From: Bdellovibrionales bacterium
GTDB taxonomy: Bacteria; Bdellovibrionota; Bdellovibrionia; Bdellovibrionales; UBA1609
Assembly: GCA_965261545.1 (NCBI GenBank)
Contig: CBDHDF010000010.1
Coordinates: 96,001-160,000, forward strand
Length of the DNA: 64,000 nt
Direction of reading: 5' to 3'
The position numbers and the translations under genes are program-made. The notes under the pieces were generated by a model. The model had not been told where the DNA came from and did not search any database. It worked only from the letters and a program-made list of their open reading frames with translations. Shown one piece after another: positions 50,677 through 60,567 of this stretch (the first letter of the stretch is position 1; each line of letters begins with the position of its first letter).

Positions 50677-52197
50677 ATGAATAAATTTATAATTTTTTTT
50701 ATTATATCAATGAGTATCTTCAGCTACCATTGGATATGGAAAGGAGAGGGTAACGAGATGATCTTAAAAGTAGGATATCCAGATGGGTGGAATGATCTCA
50801 CGCCCACACTTCAACATACAGGACATGCGGACTCTATTTTGCATAACGCTTTTGAGCCATTGGTCATCCTCGGGAAAAATGAAATTATTCAACCTATGGC
50901 CGCAAAATCATGGTCTATCGATCCTCAAAAAAGAGTATTTACATTTGAAATTGATACCAAAAGAAAGTTTTCTAATGGAACTCCACTTTCTGCACAACAT
51001 TTCAAAGATTCATGGGAGTATAGCCTCAAAGTGACACCTAAGTCTTCTAATAACAGCTTGCTTGATGTCCTTTACAAGATGGATGGTTTTGAAAATCATG
51101 AGAAAACAGGAAATATCTCTGGAATTGAGGTTCTTAACGAGAGTACTTTAAGAGTTACTTTTAAGAAATCTTTTCGTATGGCCCTTAGTCATTTGTCTGG
51201 ATCAAGAATGTCTTCTTTCCTCCGAGAGGGCGAAAATTTTCTAGGAACCGGTCCTTATGTTATCAATGAAATAAGTGAGAAGGAAATCATGTTGATAAAA
51301 AATGAATACTTTTTGGACTCTGTTCCTTTTGACAAAGTAAGCATTAAGATTGTCCCTCCTGATGTGGCTCAAGAATCTCTAGATCGTGGCGATATTGATT
51401 TTTATGCCTTCGCCAAGGGCTCTCTTGATCTTTGCCGTGAGGAGTTTTTAGAGTGCAGTGCGGGATCTGAAAATCGCCATGCTGTGATTATCGTCAATGG
51501 TCAAGAGGGACGTATTTTTAGCAATCCACAGCATCGGAAAGCCCTTCAATACCTTTTCTTAGATGGCTTTACATTGGAAGATATGCCCAAGGAAAGTCGT
51601 TCTGGAATCCAGTTAGACCCTCAAATATTCTTACCATTCCAATCGGGGCGCATAACAGAGTCAAAAGCCAAGGAGATTATTCAGCAAGGCCAAACATATG
51701 TTGAGAACTTTATCAAGGCCACCCAAGAACAACCACTTTATTTTGCCCTCCATAAGAGAGGGAGATGGCTCCAAGAATACCTCGGAAAGAAGGGAGTTCA
51801 ATTTTCTAAGAAATCAGAAAGTGACCATGAGGAACAATTTAGAAAAATGTACCATAAAACCTACGAACCAGATATCATCCCTAGGGCCTTAAGCGTTTTT
51901 AATGGTGACCCCGATGGAATATATCATGCTCTTGGTGAAAAAGGGGCTATCAGTTCTCCCATGATTCATCGTAAAACTATTTCATCACTCCTTGAAGAGG
52001 GCCGCAAAATACTTGATTTTGATAAATTGGCTCCACACTACGAAAAGGTGGCTGAAGCAGCCTTGCAAGAAGTTCCTTTTATCCATATAGGATTCTTGCA
52101 CGACATTATGATTTTAAAAAAAGACCGAGTGAAGCTTAATGGAAAATACGTCAATCGTGAAGATGGACGCTTTACAAACTACCAGCCAGTGGAATAA
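50677..52197 (+). CDS. Orphan family-5 (oligopeptide-type) solute-binding protein
   Basis: N-terminal anchor, FEPLV, AKSWSI, FSNGTPLSA, GTGPY; no ABC permease or ATPase genes adjacent. Confidence 0.88.
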   Translation: MNKFIIFFIISMSIFSYHWIWKGEGNEMILKVGYPDGWNDLTPTLQHTGHADSILHNAFEPLVILGKNEIIQPMAAKSWSIDPQKRVFTFEIDTKRKFSNGTPLSAQHFKDSWEYSLKVTPKSSNNSLLDVLYKMDGFENHEKTGNISGIEVLNESTLRVTFKKSFRMALSHLSGSRMSSFLREGENFLGTGPYVINEISEKEIMLIKNEYFLDSVPFDKVSIKIVPPDVAQESLDRGDIDFYAFAKGSLDLCREEFLECSAGSENRHAVIIVNGQEGRIFSNPQHRKALQYLFLDGFTLEDMPKESRSGIQLDPQIFLPFQSGRITESKAKEIIQQGQTYVENFIKATQEQPLYFALHKRGRWLQEYLGKKGVQFSKKSESDHEEQFRKMYHKTYEPDIIPRALSVFNGDPDGIYHALGEKGAISSPMIHRKTISSLLEEGRKILDFDKLAPHYEKVAEAALQEVPFIHIGFLHDIMILKKDRVKLNGKYVNREDGRFTNYQPVE

Positions 52198-52199
52198 TC

Positions 52200-53894
52200 A
52201 TGAAGAAAATGATCTTAAAGAAAATAACCTTGAACAAGTGGCTTCTTAGAAACACAAAAATGCCATTGCTCATCCTAGGGGTGATGGTCGCCCTTGCTCA
52301 AGTATGTTTTGTGGCTTATACCCACAATAGATCAAAAGAAACACAAACAAAATCCATCAAAAAGCTTGTCGCCACGGTCATCCAAATTGGAATACATCAA
52401 AAAAACCGCCCTCTCTTAGAATCATCCTTTCAACTGGCCATGGAAGAACTTGGCGTAAGGTCCATGATTTTTTGCGAGGGCACAAGAAAAATATTCCACC
52501 AACCCTTTGGGTTTGGAAATTGCCCCCATAATCTCAAGGAAGGATTTTTTGAATCTGTGATTGAAGTCAATCCCTCTGGATTTAAAGATCATCATTTCTA
52601 TTTTTATGTGGATCGTTTTCACATTGGCCCCTCTCTCATCGCACTGAATGTCATTATCTTAGTATTTTTGTCTATTGTTTTTATTATCATCTATAGGATA
52701 CAAAAACATCTTTCAAAAGATATATTTTTGCCTCTAGAAAGTCACTTGTCTGGAGGAGATGAGATTTATATTGAAGAGCTTGATGCCATTAGAAATAAAT
52801 TTGAAGAATATCGAAAATCCAAAGAGAAGCAAGCTGTGGCGGGGGCCATTATTGAGTACAATATGAGCATTAATCACAACATCAAGTCAATGAAACAGAC
52901 TCTTGATGTGATTATGTCAGGTGAGTTTTCTTCGGAAAGGCAAAAGCAGAGATTTAACCAAGTTTCCAATGATTTTAAGAGGCTTATGGCCAAAATTGCC
53001 GACCAGATACCAGATAGAAATAAAGTAAGCCTTATCACCTCAGACAAAACATTCTTTGAGTACCTTGAAAAGGAGAATGAGAAGACAACAAAGGTATGTG
53101 CCGTTGATGCCTTTGAAATTGCTTGCGAACATAAAAAAATCGAAAAGAAATCTTCTAAAAATGATCTTCGTATTGAAATATCTTACGATGATGAGGTAAA
53201 AAAACTGTATATTGAAGCCGTCGATCCTGAGTTGAGGGGTATTTTTTCAAACTTGATGAACAACTCTATTGAATCTGGAGCCACTCATATTGAGATCAAT
53301 CTACGAAAAGAAGAGACCGACCTTGTAGCAACAATTTTTGATAACGGGAAAGGAATCCCTCAAGACATCAAGGAAAATATATTTCAGCGAGGTTTTAGTT
53401 GGGAAAAAGAAGGTGGAACAGGCTATGGACTCTACCACGCTCAAAGATTTATAAGGTCATGGCATGGAGAGTTTCATCTTCTAGAGAGCAAGAAGGGACG
53501 AACAGAGTTTGAAATCAAACTTCCCATATGGAGCCCCTCCTCCATGGATATTGATTCAGCAGGCCATATCGTGATTTTAGATGACGAAGATTCCGTTCAT
53601 GACCAATGGTTGGAAAAGATGAACTCGATCAATCCAGAAGCCAAGGTTCTTTCTTTTAAAAAGCCCCATGAGTTTCAAGATTGGTTTAACGAAAATGAAA
53701 TCTTCTCCCATTATATCTTCTTTTTTGACAGTGACCTGGGGGAGCATGAAGAAAATGGAGAGCATTTAATAAATGAAATGGGTCTTAACCACATCTCCTA
53801 CCTTGTCACCAACAACTATAATAATCCAAATCTGACAAAATGGTGTGATGAAAGGGCCATTCAAGTCATTCCCAAGGGCTACTTGCTGGGTTAA
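52200..53894 (+). CDS. Membrane sensor histidine kinase with a C-terminal receiver-like domain
   Basis: Two TMs; H-box NHNIKS, NLMNNS, DNGKGI, FQRGFS, GTGYGL; C-terminal VILDD...FFDSDL. Confidence 0.9.
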   Translation: MKKMILKKITLNKWLLRNTKMPLLILGVMVALAQVCFVAYTHNRSKETQTKSIKKLVATVIQIGIHQKNRPLLESSFQLAMEELGVRSMIFCEGTRKIFHQPFGFGNCPHNLKEGFFESVIEVNPSGFKDHHFYFYVDRFHIGPSLIALNVIILVFLSIVFIIIYRIQKHLSKDIFLPLESHLSGGDEIYIEELDAIRNKFEEYRKSKEKQAVAGAIIEYNMSINHNIKSMKQTLDVIMSGEFSSERQKQRFNQVSNDFKRLMAKIADQIPDRNKVSLITSDKTFFEYLEKENEKTTKVCAVDAFEIACEHKKIEKKSSKNDLRIEISYDDEVKKLYIEAVDPELRGIFSNLMNNSIESGATHIEINLRKEETDLVATIFDNGKGIPQDIKENIFQRGFSWEKEGGTGYGLYHAQRFIRSWHGEFHLLESKKGRTEFEIKLPIWSPSSMDIDSAGHIVILDDEDSVHDQWLEKMNSINPEAKVLSFKKPHEFQDWFNENEIFSHYIFFFDSDLGEHEENGEHLINEMGLNHISYLVTNNYNNPNLTKWCDERAIQVIPKGYLLG

Positions 53895-54096
53895 TGGCCT
53901 TATCGTGAGTTGTGGGTATGAGTGGAGAGTGGTGAGTGAGAGTGAGAGCGAATAACCACAATGAGTCAAACAGAAGGAATCAGAATATAGTGAGTCAACA
54001 AAAGCACTTCGTGGGGCCAATAGTAAGGGCGGCAAGGATGGCAAGTGACAAGGGTGGCAAGAGTGATAGTGGTGTGGTCAGCAAGGTGGTAAAATA

Positions 54097-57069
54097 GTGA
54101 TGAAAATAAAGAACCTAAATCCGAGAAACAAGGGATATTTTGCAGTATGCCAGATCATGTCCCCATGGACTGTATTTTCCTGCTTGTTATTTCTTTTGTT
54201 TTCTACGGCATTGGTTGTACAGGCACAAGGTAGAGTGGCCAGTGACAAGGGCATGAATAAAGACGTGGACATGGGAGCGAACAGGGGAATTGGCAAGGGT
54301 GGCAACAAGAATTCTCTGGCTTTGAAAGCCGAAGCATTAGAGCGACAAAGCAAGCCACCTTCAGACAACAAGTCGCCCTTAGACACTGCAAAAAAGTCCG
54401 TGGTTTTACCTAAGCCTTCCCTTCCCCCCAACAAGGTTCTTCAAAATAAAAAAAATAAAGATATGGAGAAGATTAAAATCACTGGCTCACGCATTCAGCG
54501 CATAAACATGGAGGGTTCTTCACCCACCATTGTTTTAAGTCGAGAGGATATGGAGAAAACAGGCTATAATTCCATTGCTGATATTCTGCGTGATATGACG
54601 GTGAGTTCCTTTGGGTCGCTACGTGAGTCTCCTGGCAGCACTTCATCGGGTGTAGCTCTCATCAATCTAAGAGGTCTTGGGGCTGATAGAACTCTTGTTT
54701 TGATGGATGGGAAGAGGGTGCAAAGAGACCCTCTTAAAAATGCCGTGGACCTAAACCTCATTTCTTTGGCTGCGGTGGAGAGAATCGAAATTTTAAAAGA
54801 CAGTGCCTCAGCCATTTATGGGTCTGAAGCCCTTGGAGGTGTTGTTAATATTATCACCCGGAAAAACTTTAGTGGCCATGAAGCCTCAGTGAAACAACTT
54901 ATCAGTGAAGGCTCTGGCGGAAATCAGACCGAGGTGGGCCTAACCTCTGGAGCTTCTTCTGGGCGATGGAGTGCCACGGGAATCTTGCACCATAGAAGCA
55001 ATGAAGCCATTTATGATATTGACCGCAAGTACTCTCGGTTAAGATTGAGTCCCTTAAGCTCTCCTGCAACATTTCGAGTTTTAAAATCAGACAAAAAAAC
55101 CTCCTACACAGAAGCGGACGGAAAAACACTTGCGTTTCGCTCTCGCCCACAGGCGTCCCCAAGTTGCCCCACGGATAGAGTTGCCAGAGGATATGGGGGA
55201 ACTGTTTGCCAAGCCAATTATGCAAGCCATCTCACAAACCGCCCTAGCTTGGAGCAAACCAGTGCTATGCTCAACACAAACTTTCAAGTTAGAGATGACG
55301 TGAACACCTTCTTTCGCCTCCATGGTGCCTTCCGAAATGTTCAATGGGCCTATTCCCCCACTCCCATTGGTTCTTTTTCAGGACATGGCATTTCGGGGAG
55401 ACAAGCCAAAATATACGCCATGGAAGACCCCCAGCTAAAGAAAATTTTTGAAGGTTTGAGAGATGATGATTTTGTAGAGGTGAACAGCCGCCTCATGGAG
55501 CTAGGAGACCGTCAATCGGATATTACCACCCACCAATATGGTACATTGGCAGGGGTGACATTGGAAAAGGGAGATACTTGGGAGATCGAAATTTCTGCTG
55601 GCTACAACCAGAGTTTTACCAAGAATGTGGGAGCCAATGGATATGCTCGCTCTCATGAAGTTCAACAACGACTTGATACAACAGGCTTCAATCCATTTGC
55701 CTCTCCAGGAACAAGGGGAGACCTTTCAGAGTTAAATTATCAGACTTGGACCACGTCCATGACAAGCTTGATTTTGGCTGAAGTTTCGGCCACGGGAGAT
55801 ATTTTTCAAATGCCATCGGGTCCCGTGGGGTTGGCCATTGGAACTCAAGCCCACAGGGAAGCTTTTCGTATAGACTCCGATGAAGCCACTAAAAATGATG
55901 AAATCATAGGAGCTGCTGGAGGAAAACTTGACGGGTCTCGTAATGTTGTGTCTGGCTATATGGAGCTATCACTTCCCTTGCTGCCAAGTGTGGAGTGGAG
56001 CCTCTCAAGCCGCTATGATGCTTATTCTGATTTTGGTCAAGCCTTTAGTCCTAAGACAAATATTCGTTGGCAGGTATCTCCCAAAGTCATGGTTCGCTCA
56101 TCCATAGGAAGAGGTTTTAAAGCACCCAACATGGATGATCTCTATAAAGAAGGTTCCCATGGCTTTCAAACTTTTATAGATCATGTGCTTTGCCAAAAAA
56201 GTGGTGGCAGTAGTGGAGGTGGTGGAAGCAATAGAAGTGGGGGAGGTGGCAGCAGTAGCGGAAGTGCTTGCCGCCCTCACCAGTGGAAGGTCATAAGCCA
56301 TGGCAATACCAACCTTAAGGAGGAAAGGTCTTTATCTGCAAGCCTTGGGGCCTTTGTGGAGCTTACCCATGGCATCGAGTTTGGCATTGATGGTTGGTAC
56401 TTGAAGTTAGAAAACGAGGTGGGGCTTCAGTTTGACGATATGACAATGGCTGAACATCGTTTTGGGTCCCAATATCTTCAAGGTTTTGGCATTCATGTGG
56501 AGCGTGACCCATCCACAGGCCAAATCAAAAAAGTCATAGCTCCCCACCAAAATCTTTCAAAAAGAGAGTTGAGTGGGGTCGATCTTGTTACAGAAGTTTT
56601 TAAAAGCACGAAGTGGGGTGATATTGCTCTTGCAGTCCAACACTCCCATTTGCTTTACAACAAAACTGTTGGCTTTTCTGGCTTAGAGAAACAAGATACA
56701 TTGGGTCACTATGGCTTGCCTCCATGGAGAAATGTTGTTTCCCTGACATATTCTCCAAGCCACTCAACGGGAATTCGTATGAGAGGGTCAAGCGACCATC
56801 AAACGGGAACATTGGTAGCAAGAACCGTGGCCCCTCATCAAAAGCGTAGCTCCAAGGCTGGCAATCACAAGCAATATACAGAGCTAGACCTTCAATACAC
56901 ATATAACGGCTTATGGGGAGGCTCTGGCAGCATCTCCATGGGAATTCGCAACATATTGGCAACCACGCCCCCCGTGGATGACAGCAACCCAAGCCTCCCC
57001 CAAATGCACTCGTCTTTGTACGACGGAAATGGCCGCATGGGATGGCTGCAATATAAGTATTTGTTTTAG
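54097..57069 (+). CDS. TonB-dependent outer-membrane receptor
   Basis: EKIKITGSRI, INLRGLG, RTLVLMDGKR, ERIEILKDSASAIYGS, GGVVNIITR; C-terminal F. Confidence 0.93.
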   Translation: MMKIKNLNPRNKGYFAVCQIMSPWTVFSCLLFLLFSTALVVQAQGRVASDKGMNKDVDMGANRGIGKGGNKNSLALKAEALERQSKPPSDNKSPLDTAKKSVVLPKPSLPPNKVLQNKKNKDMEKIKITGSRIQRINMEGSSPTIVLSREDMEKTGYNSIADILRDMTVSSFGSLRESPGSTSSGVALINLRGLGADRTLVLMDGKRVQRDPLKNAVDLNLISLAAVERIEILKDSASAIYGSEALGGVVNIITRKNFSGHEASVKQLISEGSGGNQTEVGLTSGASSGRWSATGILHHRSNEAIYDIDRKYSRLRLSPLSSPATFRVLKSDKKTSYTEADGKTLAFRSRPQASPSCPTDRVARGYGGTVCQANYASHLTNRPSLEQTSAMLNTNFQVRDDVNTFFRLHGAFRNVQWAYSPTPIGSFSGHGISGRQAKIYAMEDPQLKKIFEGLRDDDFVEVNSRLMELGDRQSDITTHQYGTLAGVTLEKGDTWEIEISAGYNQSFTKNVGANGYARSHEVQQRLDTTGFNPFASPGTRGDLSELNYQTWTTSMTSLILAEVSATGDIFQMPSGPVGLAIGTQAHREAFRIDSDEATKNDEIIGAAGGKLDGSRNVVSGYMELSLPLLPSVEWSLSSRYDAYSDFGQAFSPKTNIRWQVSPKVMVRSSIGRGFKAPNMDDLYKEGSHGFQTFIDHVLCQKSGGSSGGGGSNRSGGGGSSSGSACRPHQWKVISHGNTNLKEERSLSASLGAFVELTHGIEFGIDGWYLKLENEVGLQFDDMTMAEHRFGSQYLQGFGIHVERDPSTGQIKKVIAPHQNLSKRELSGVDLVTEVFKSTKWGDIALAVQHSHLLYNKTVGFSGLEKQDTLGHYGLPPWRNVVSLTYSPSHSTGIRMRGSSDHQTGTLVARTVAPHQKRSSKAGNHKQYTELDLQYTYNGLWGGSGSISMGIRNILATTPPVDDSNPSLPQMHSSLYDGNGRMGWLQYKYLF

Positions 57070-57299
57070 TTTTGCGATTTGTCTGGAGAGGACATCCTCA
57101 TAAGGATTGGGCCTAGCTTACAAATTTTTTGACTTCCCAACAGCCCATTGGACTCGTAGGTGGAGAGAAATTTCAAGGCTACTTTTAGGGGTTGAATATA
57201 AAGATGGAGTCATGGTAACCAATGAAAATCAAGGATAAGAGGTTCGTAGCTATATAGATCAGCCACAACTTTTCAAAATAACACGTATTAAGGAAAATT

Positions 57300-59807
57300 A
57301 TGGCCAAAAAAAGAATACTTAATTTTCAATTAAAATTATTTTACAGCTATTCTCATGAAGATAAACAGCATAAAAATGATATGGAGAAAGCACTTGCTAT
57401 TCTTAAAAGAGATAAGCTACTCAATGAGTGGTCTGACAAAGAAATTTTACCGGGTCAATTAATTTCTAAGGAAATAAAAAAGAATATGAGAGAAGCAGAT
57501 ATTATTGTATTTCTCTTTAGTCAAAATTTTATCGCTTCTCAAGAATGTATGAACGAGTGGGAAGAGGCAAAAAAAATTTCTCTAGATAAAAAAAAATTTT
57601 TCCGAGTTCCAGTTATTCTATGTGATTGTCCATGGAAAGATATATTAAAAGATGATAACATCAAATCATTACCGAATGATGGGAATCCAGTTGCCAATTT
57701 TTCCAACAAAGAAACTGCATGGAATCAGATTTATGAAGGCATCAAGAATATCATTAACGAACTAAGAAGTGATTTTACTCCTAATGAAAATTTTTTAAAA
57801 GAAATAGAGAAAACTGATTTTTTATCTGAGAGTCAAATTAAATTAAAAAATATTTTTATATTCTTGCCATTGTTGAATTATAGACAAGATCAAGAATATA
57901 GTCAATTAAGAGAAGAAAGAACTACAAGCCAAGGCCGTTTAAGAGAAGAAAGAATTACAAGCCAAGACCAGCTGTTTAATAAAAAGTATACCATCATCCA
58001 TGGCGAAGAGATGAGTGGGAAAACTGCTCTTAGTAGGTATTTATTTCTCTGTTTAGTTGAACAGTTAGTTCCTGTTCTGCATATAAATATGGATGATATA
58101 CCCAAGCAAGTTTTGCAAGTGGATTTTCTAAAAAAAGTATATCAAGATCAATTTAATGGAGACTATGACCTATGGGTGAAAAAAGATAAGAAAGTTCTCA
58201 TATTAGATGATTTACATTGCAAATCAAATATGATTGATTTCGTTATTCAATCAAAAGATATTTTTGATAAAATAATTATAATGGTATCATCAGATATTTT
58301 TAATTCGTTTTTTAAAGATGAATCTCGACTGGCTGATTTCCATCAATTAGAAATCCAACCAATGGGACATCAACAACAAGAAAATTTAATTAAAAAAAGA
58401 TTAAAGTTATCCGATATGAAAGCAGAAGATGGACTTATAGATCAAATAGAAGAACGTGTAAATTCCATAATTATATTTAATAAATTTGTTCCAAGATATC
58501 CATTCTTTGTATTATCTATCCTCCAAACCTATGAAGCGTTTATGCCTAATAACATGTCTATAACTTCTTATGGACATTGCTATAACGCTTTAATTATTTC
58601 GTTCCTTATTAAGTCTGGGGTCCAAGAAAGCGATAAGGATATTAATACGTGTTTTAATTTTCTTGAAAACTTAGCATTTAAAACATACAAAAATAATAAC
58701 AAAATACATTTTGATAATTTTATTCGTGAATATGATAACCAATTTATTATTGCAGATTCAATAATTAATAGGTTAAAAAGCAATGAATATGGAGTTCTTA
58801 ATGAAGAAGGTTCTTTCAAGAAAAAATATATTTATTATTTTTTTCTTGGAAGATTTCTTTCTAAAAATAAAGAATACGAAAAAATAATTGAAAATATGTG
58901 CGAAAAAAGTTATTTAACATCAAACTATTTGACTCTTCTTTTTATTATTCATCATACAGATGATGATAAAATAATAGATGATATTCTTCTTAGAACTATG
59001 TGTACAATAGATTCTGTCGAGCCAGCAACTCTGGATTGCAAAGAAACAAAGAGATTTGACAAAATTCTTAAAACATGTCAAAAAAACATACTTTCCAAAG
59101 GTAGTGTTTCAAGTGAAAGAAGAAGAGAGAGAGAGAATCGAGACATAAGTGACCGATCAGAAATTAAGAACGAAAAAATAGAAGATGACGATCCTTGTAA
59201 TTATATTTATAGGATTTTTAAAAACAATGAAATTATAGGGCAAGTTTTAAGAAACAAATATGGGAGTATGAAAAGAAAGCAAATTGAAGATATAATTGAG
59301 ATAATTGGAGATAGTGGTTTGCGTCTCATTAATATAATTCTCAAAGATAAAGAAGAGATAGACGAAGTTGCATTATGCATTAAAAAGAGGGGGACTGATA
59401 TTAGTGTTAACAAGATAAAGAAAGAACTCCAATTTTTTTCTTTCATATGGGCAATGTTAAATATTGAAAAAATTGTTAGATCTATAAATATTCCTGAGAT
59501 TAAAGAGGCTATAGATCATGTTGTATCCAAAAAATCAACTTCAGCATATGATCTTATTGGATACTTCAACCAACTAGATAGGTCAGAGTCATTTGGGGAG
59601 AGAGAAAAGAAGGCTTTAAGTAGTTTACTCAAAAAACATGATAATAATAATTTTATTAAAAAAGTAATTTCTCTAAGAACACAACACTATATGAATACAC
59701 ATAGAACCAAAGAGCCTATACAACAAGGAGTTTGTTCTTTACTGAATATCAAGTATACCCAAAGGGCCCTCCATCAAATTGAAGAAAAGGTTAGGGAGTG
59801 TCGTTAG
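57300..59807 (+). CDS. TIR-domain P-loop (STAND-like) NTPase, putative anti-phage protein
   Basis: FYSYSHED...W.DKEI.PG...SQECMNE (TIR); GEEMSGKT and LILDD; AT-rich. Confidence 0.82.
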   Translation: MAKKRILNFQLKLFYSYSHEDKQHKNDMEKALAILKRDKLLNEWSDKEILPGQLISKEIKKNMREADIIVFLFSQNFIASQECMNEWEEAKKISLDKKKFFRVPVILCDCPWKDILKDDNIKSLPNDGNPVANFSNKETAWNQIYEGIKNIINELRSDFTPNENFLKEIEKTDFLSESQIKLKNIFIFLPLLNYRQDQEYSQLREERTTSQGRLREERITSQDQLFNKKYTIIHGEEMSGKTALSRYLFLCLVEQLVPVLHINMDDIPKQVLQVDFLKKVYQDQFNGDYDLWVKKDKKVLILDDLHCKSNMIDFVIQSKDIFDKIIIMVSSDIFNSFFKDESRLADFHQLEIQPMGHQQQENLIKKRLKLSDMKAEDGLIDQIEERVNSIIIFNKFVPRYPFFVLSILQTYEAFMPNNMSITSYGHCYNALIISFLIKSGVQESDKDINTCFNFLENLAFKTYKNNNKIHFDNFIREYDNQFIIADSIINRLKSNEYGVLNEEGSFKKKYIYYFFLGRFLSKNKEYEKIIENMCEKSYLTSNYLTLLFIIHHTDDDKIIDDILLRTMCTIDSVEPATLDCKETKRFDKILKTCQKNILSKGSVSSERRRERENRDISDRSEIKNEKIEDDDPCNYIYRIFKNNEIIGQVLRNKYGSMKRKQIEDIIEIIGDSGLRLINIILKDKEEIDEVALCIKKRGTDISVNKIKKELQFFSFIWAMLNIEKIVRSINIPEIKEAIDHVVSKKSTSAYDLIGYFNQLDRSESFGEREKKALSSLLKKHDNNNFIKKVISLRTQHYMNTHRTKEPIQQGVCSLLNIKYTQRALHQIEEKVRECR

Positions 59808-59825
59808 TCGAGGTGAAGGGAGAAC

Positions 59826-60100
59826 TATTGTCAGCTAGGCTGTGAAGCGGAAAAGGCTGCTCCCATCAGGCTAGTCGTAAACACCGAGGGGGATTGGATC
59901 ACAGGTGCTACAACAATGGTCAGCCTCACGGAGTAAATTTAGGTTCACTGCCGCACAGACGCAGCTTAGAAATCACAGCACCACCGAATTCCCACAAATG
60001 GCCTGGTTTAACCCGCCCATCGAGGATTATTCGGGTCTTGAGGGTTCATCGCAATACTGTGAAGAAATATCTTCTACACTTTTTTCCAACCAAGCCCGGA
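59826..60100 (+). mobile_element. Degenerate IS21 remnant
   Basis: IS21-end-like cccacaaatggcctggttt and an LRVHRNTVKKYL HTH fragment. Confidence 0.45.
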
Positions 60101-60204
60101 TGGGTTGGCACACCTTAGAGTCTTTAAAAAACCTGAAGGGGTAAACATTCACAAAAGTTGAAGTTGGGGTTACCCCCTCCGTAACTGGCTCGGACTTACA
60201 CCAA

Positions 60205-60402
60205 CTAAAAAGACTCTGTTCTGCTCCCATTCTTCTCTTCCGAGTCACTAAGCAAAGCATCTGTGAACTTAGTGGTTGGAGTTAAGCCACGAAGGATTTG
60301 CTTTGTGGCTGCCTCTTGGAAGAATTGAAAAACTTCTATAGCAGAAAAGCACATAAAAACCCAAAATAAAGTGCCTACAATTAAATCAGTTAATGCTTTC
60401 AT
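60205..60402 (-). CDS. Small membrane hypothetical protein
   Basis: GGAGG RBS, one TM. Confidence 0.5.
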   Translation of the reverse strand: MKALTDLIVGTLFWVFMCFSAIEVFQFFQEAATKQILRGLTPTTKFTDALLSDSEEKNGSRTESF

Positions 60403-60567
60403 AATAATACCTCCATTTATGGCTTAAGTTGAATCCTCACTCTCTGGCCCCCGATGGGCGGATCAAAACCATCCATTTGTGGGCTAACAAAACCATCCAT
60501 TTAAAAACTTAATATCTGACAAGGCGTATTATAGAATACTTCCTAGAAAACAACCTGGGAGGGAAGG

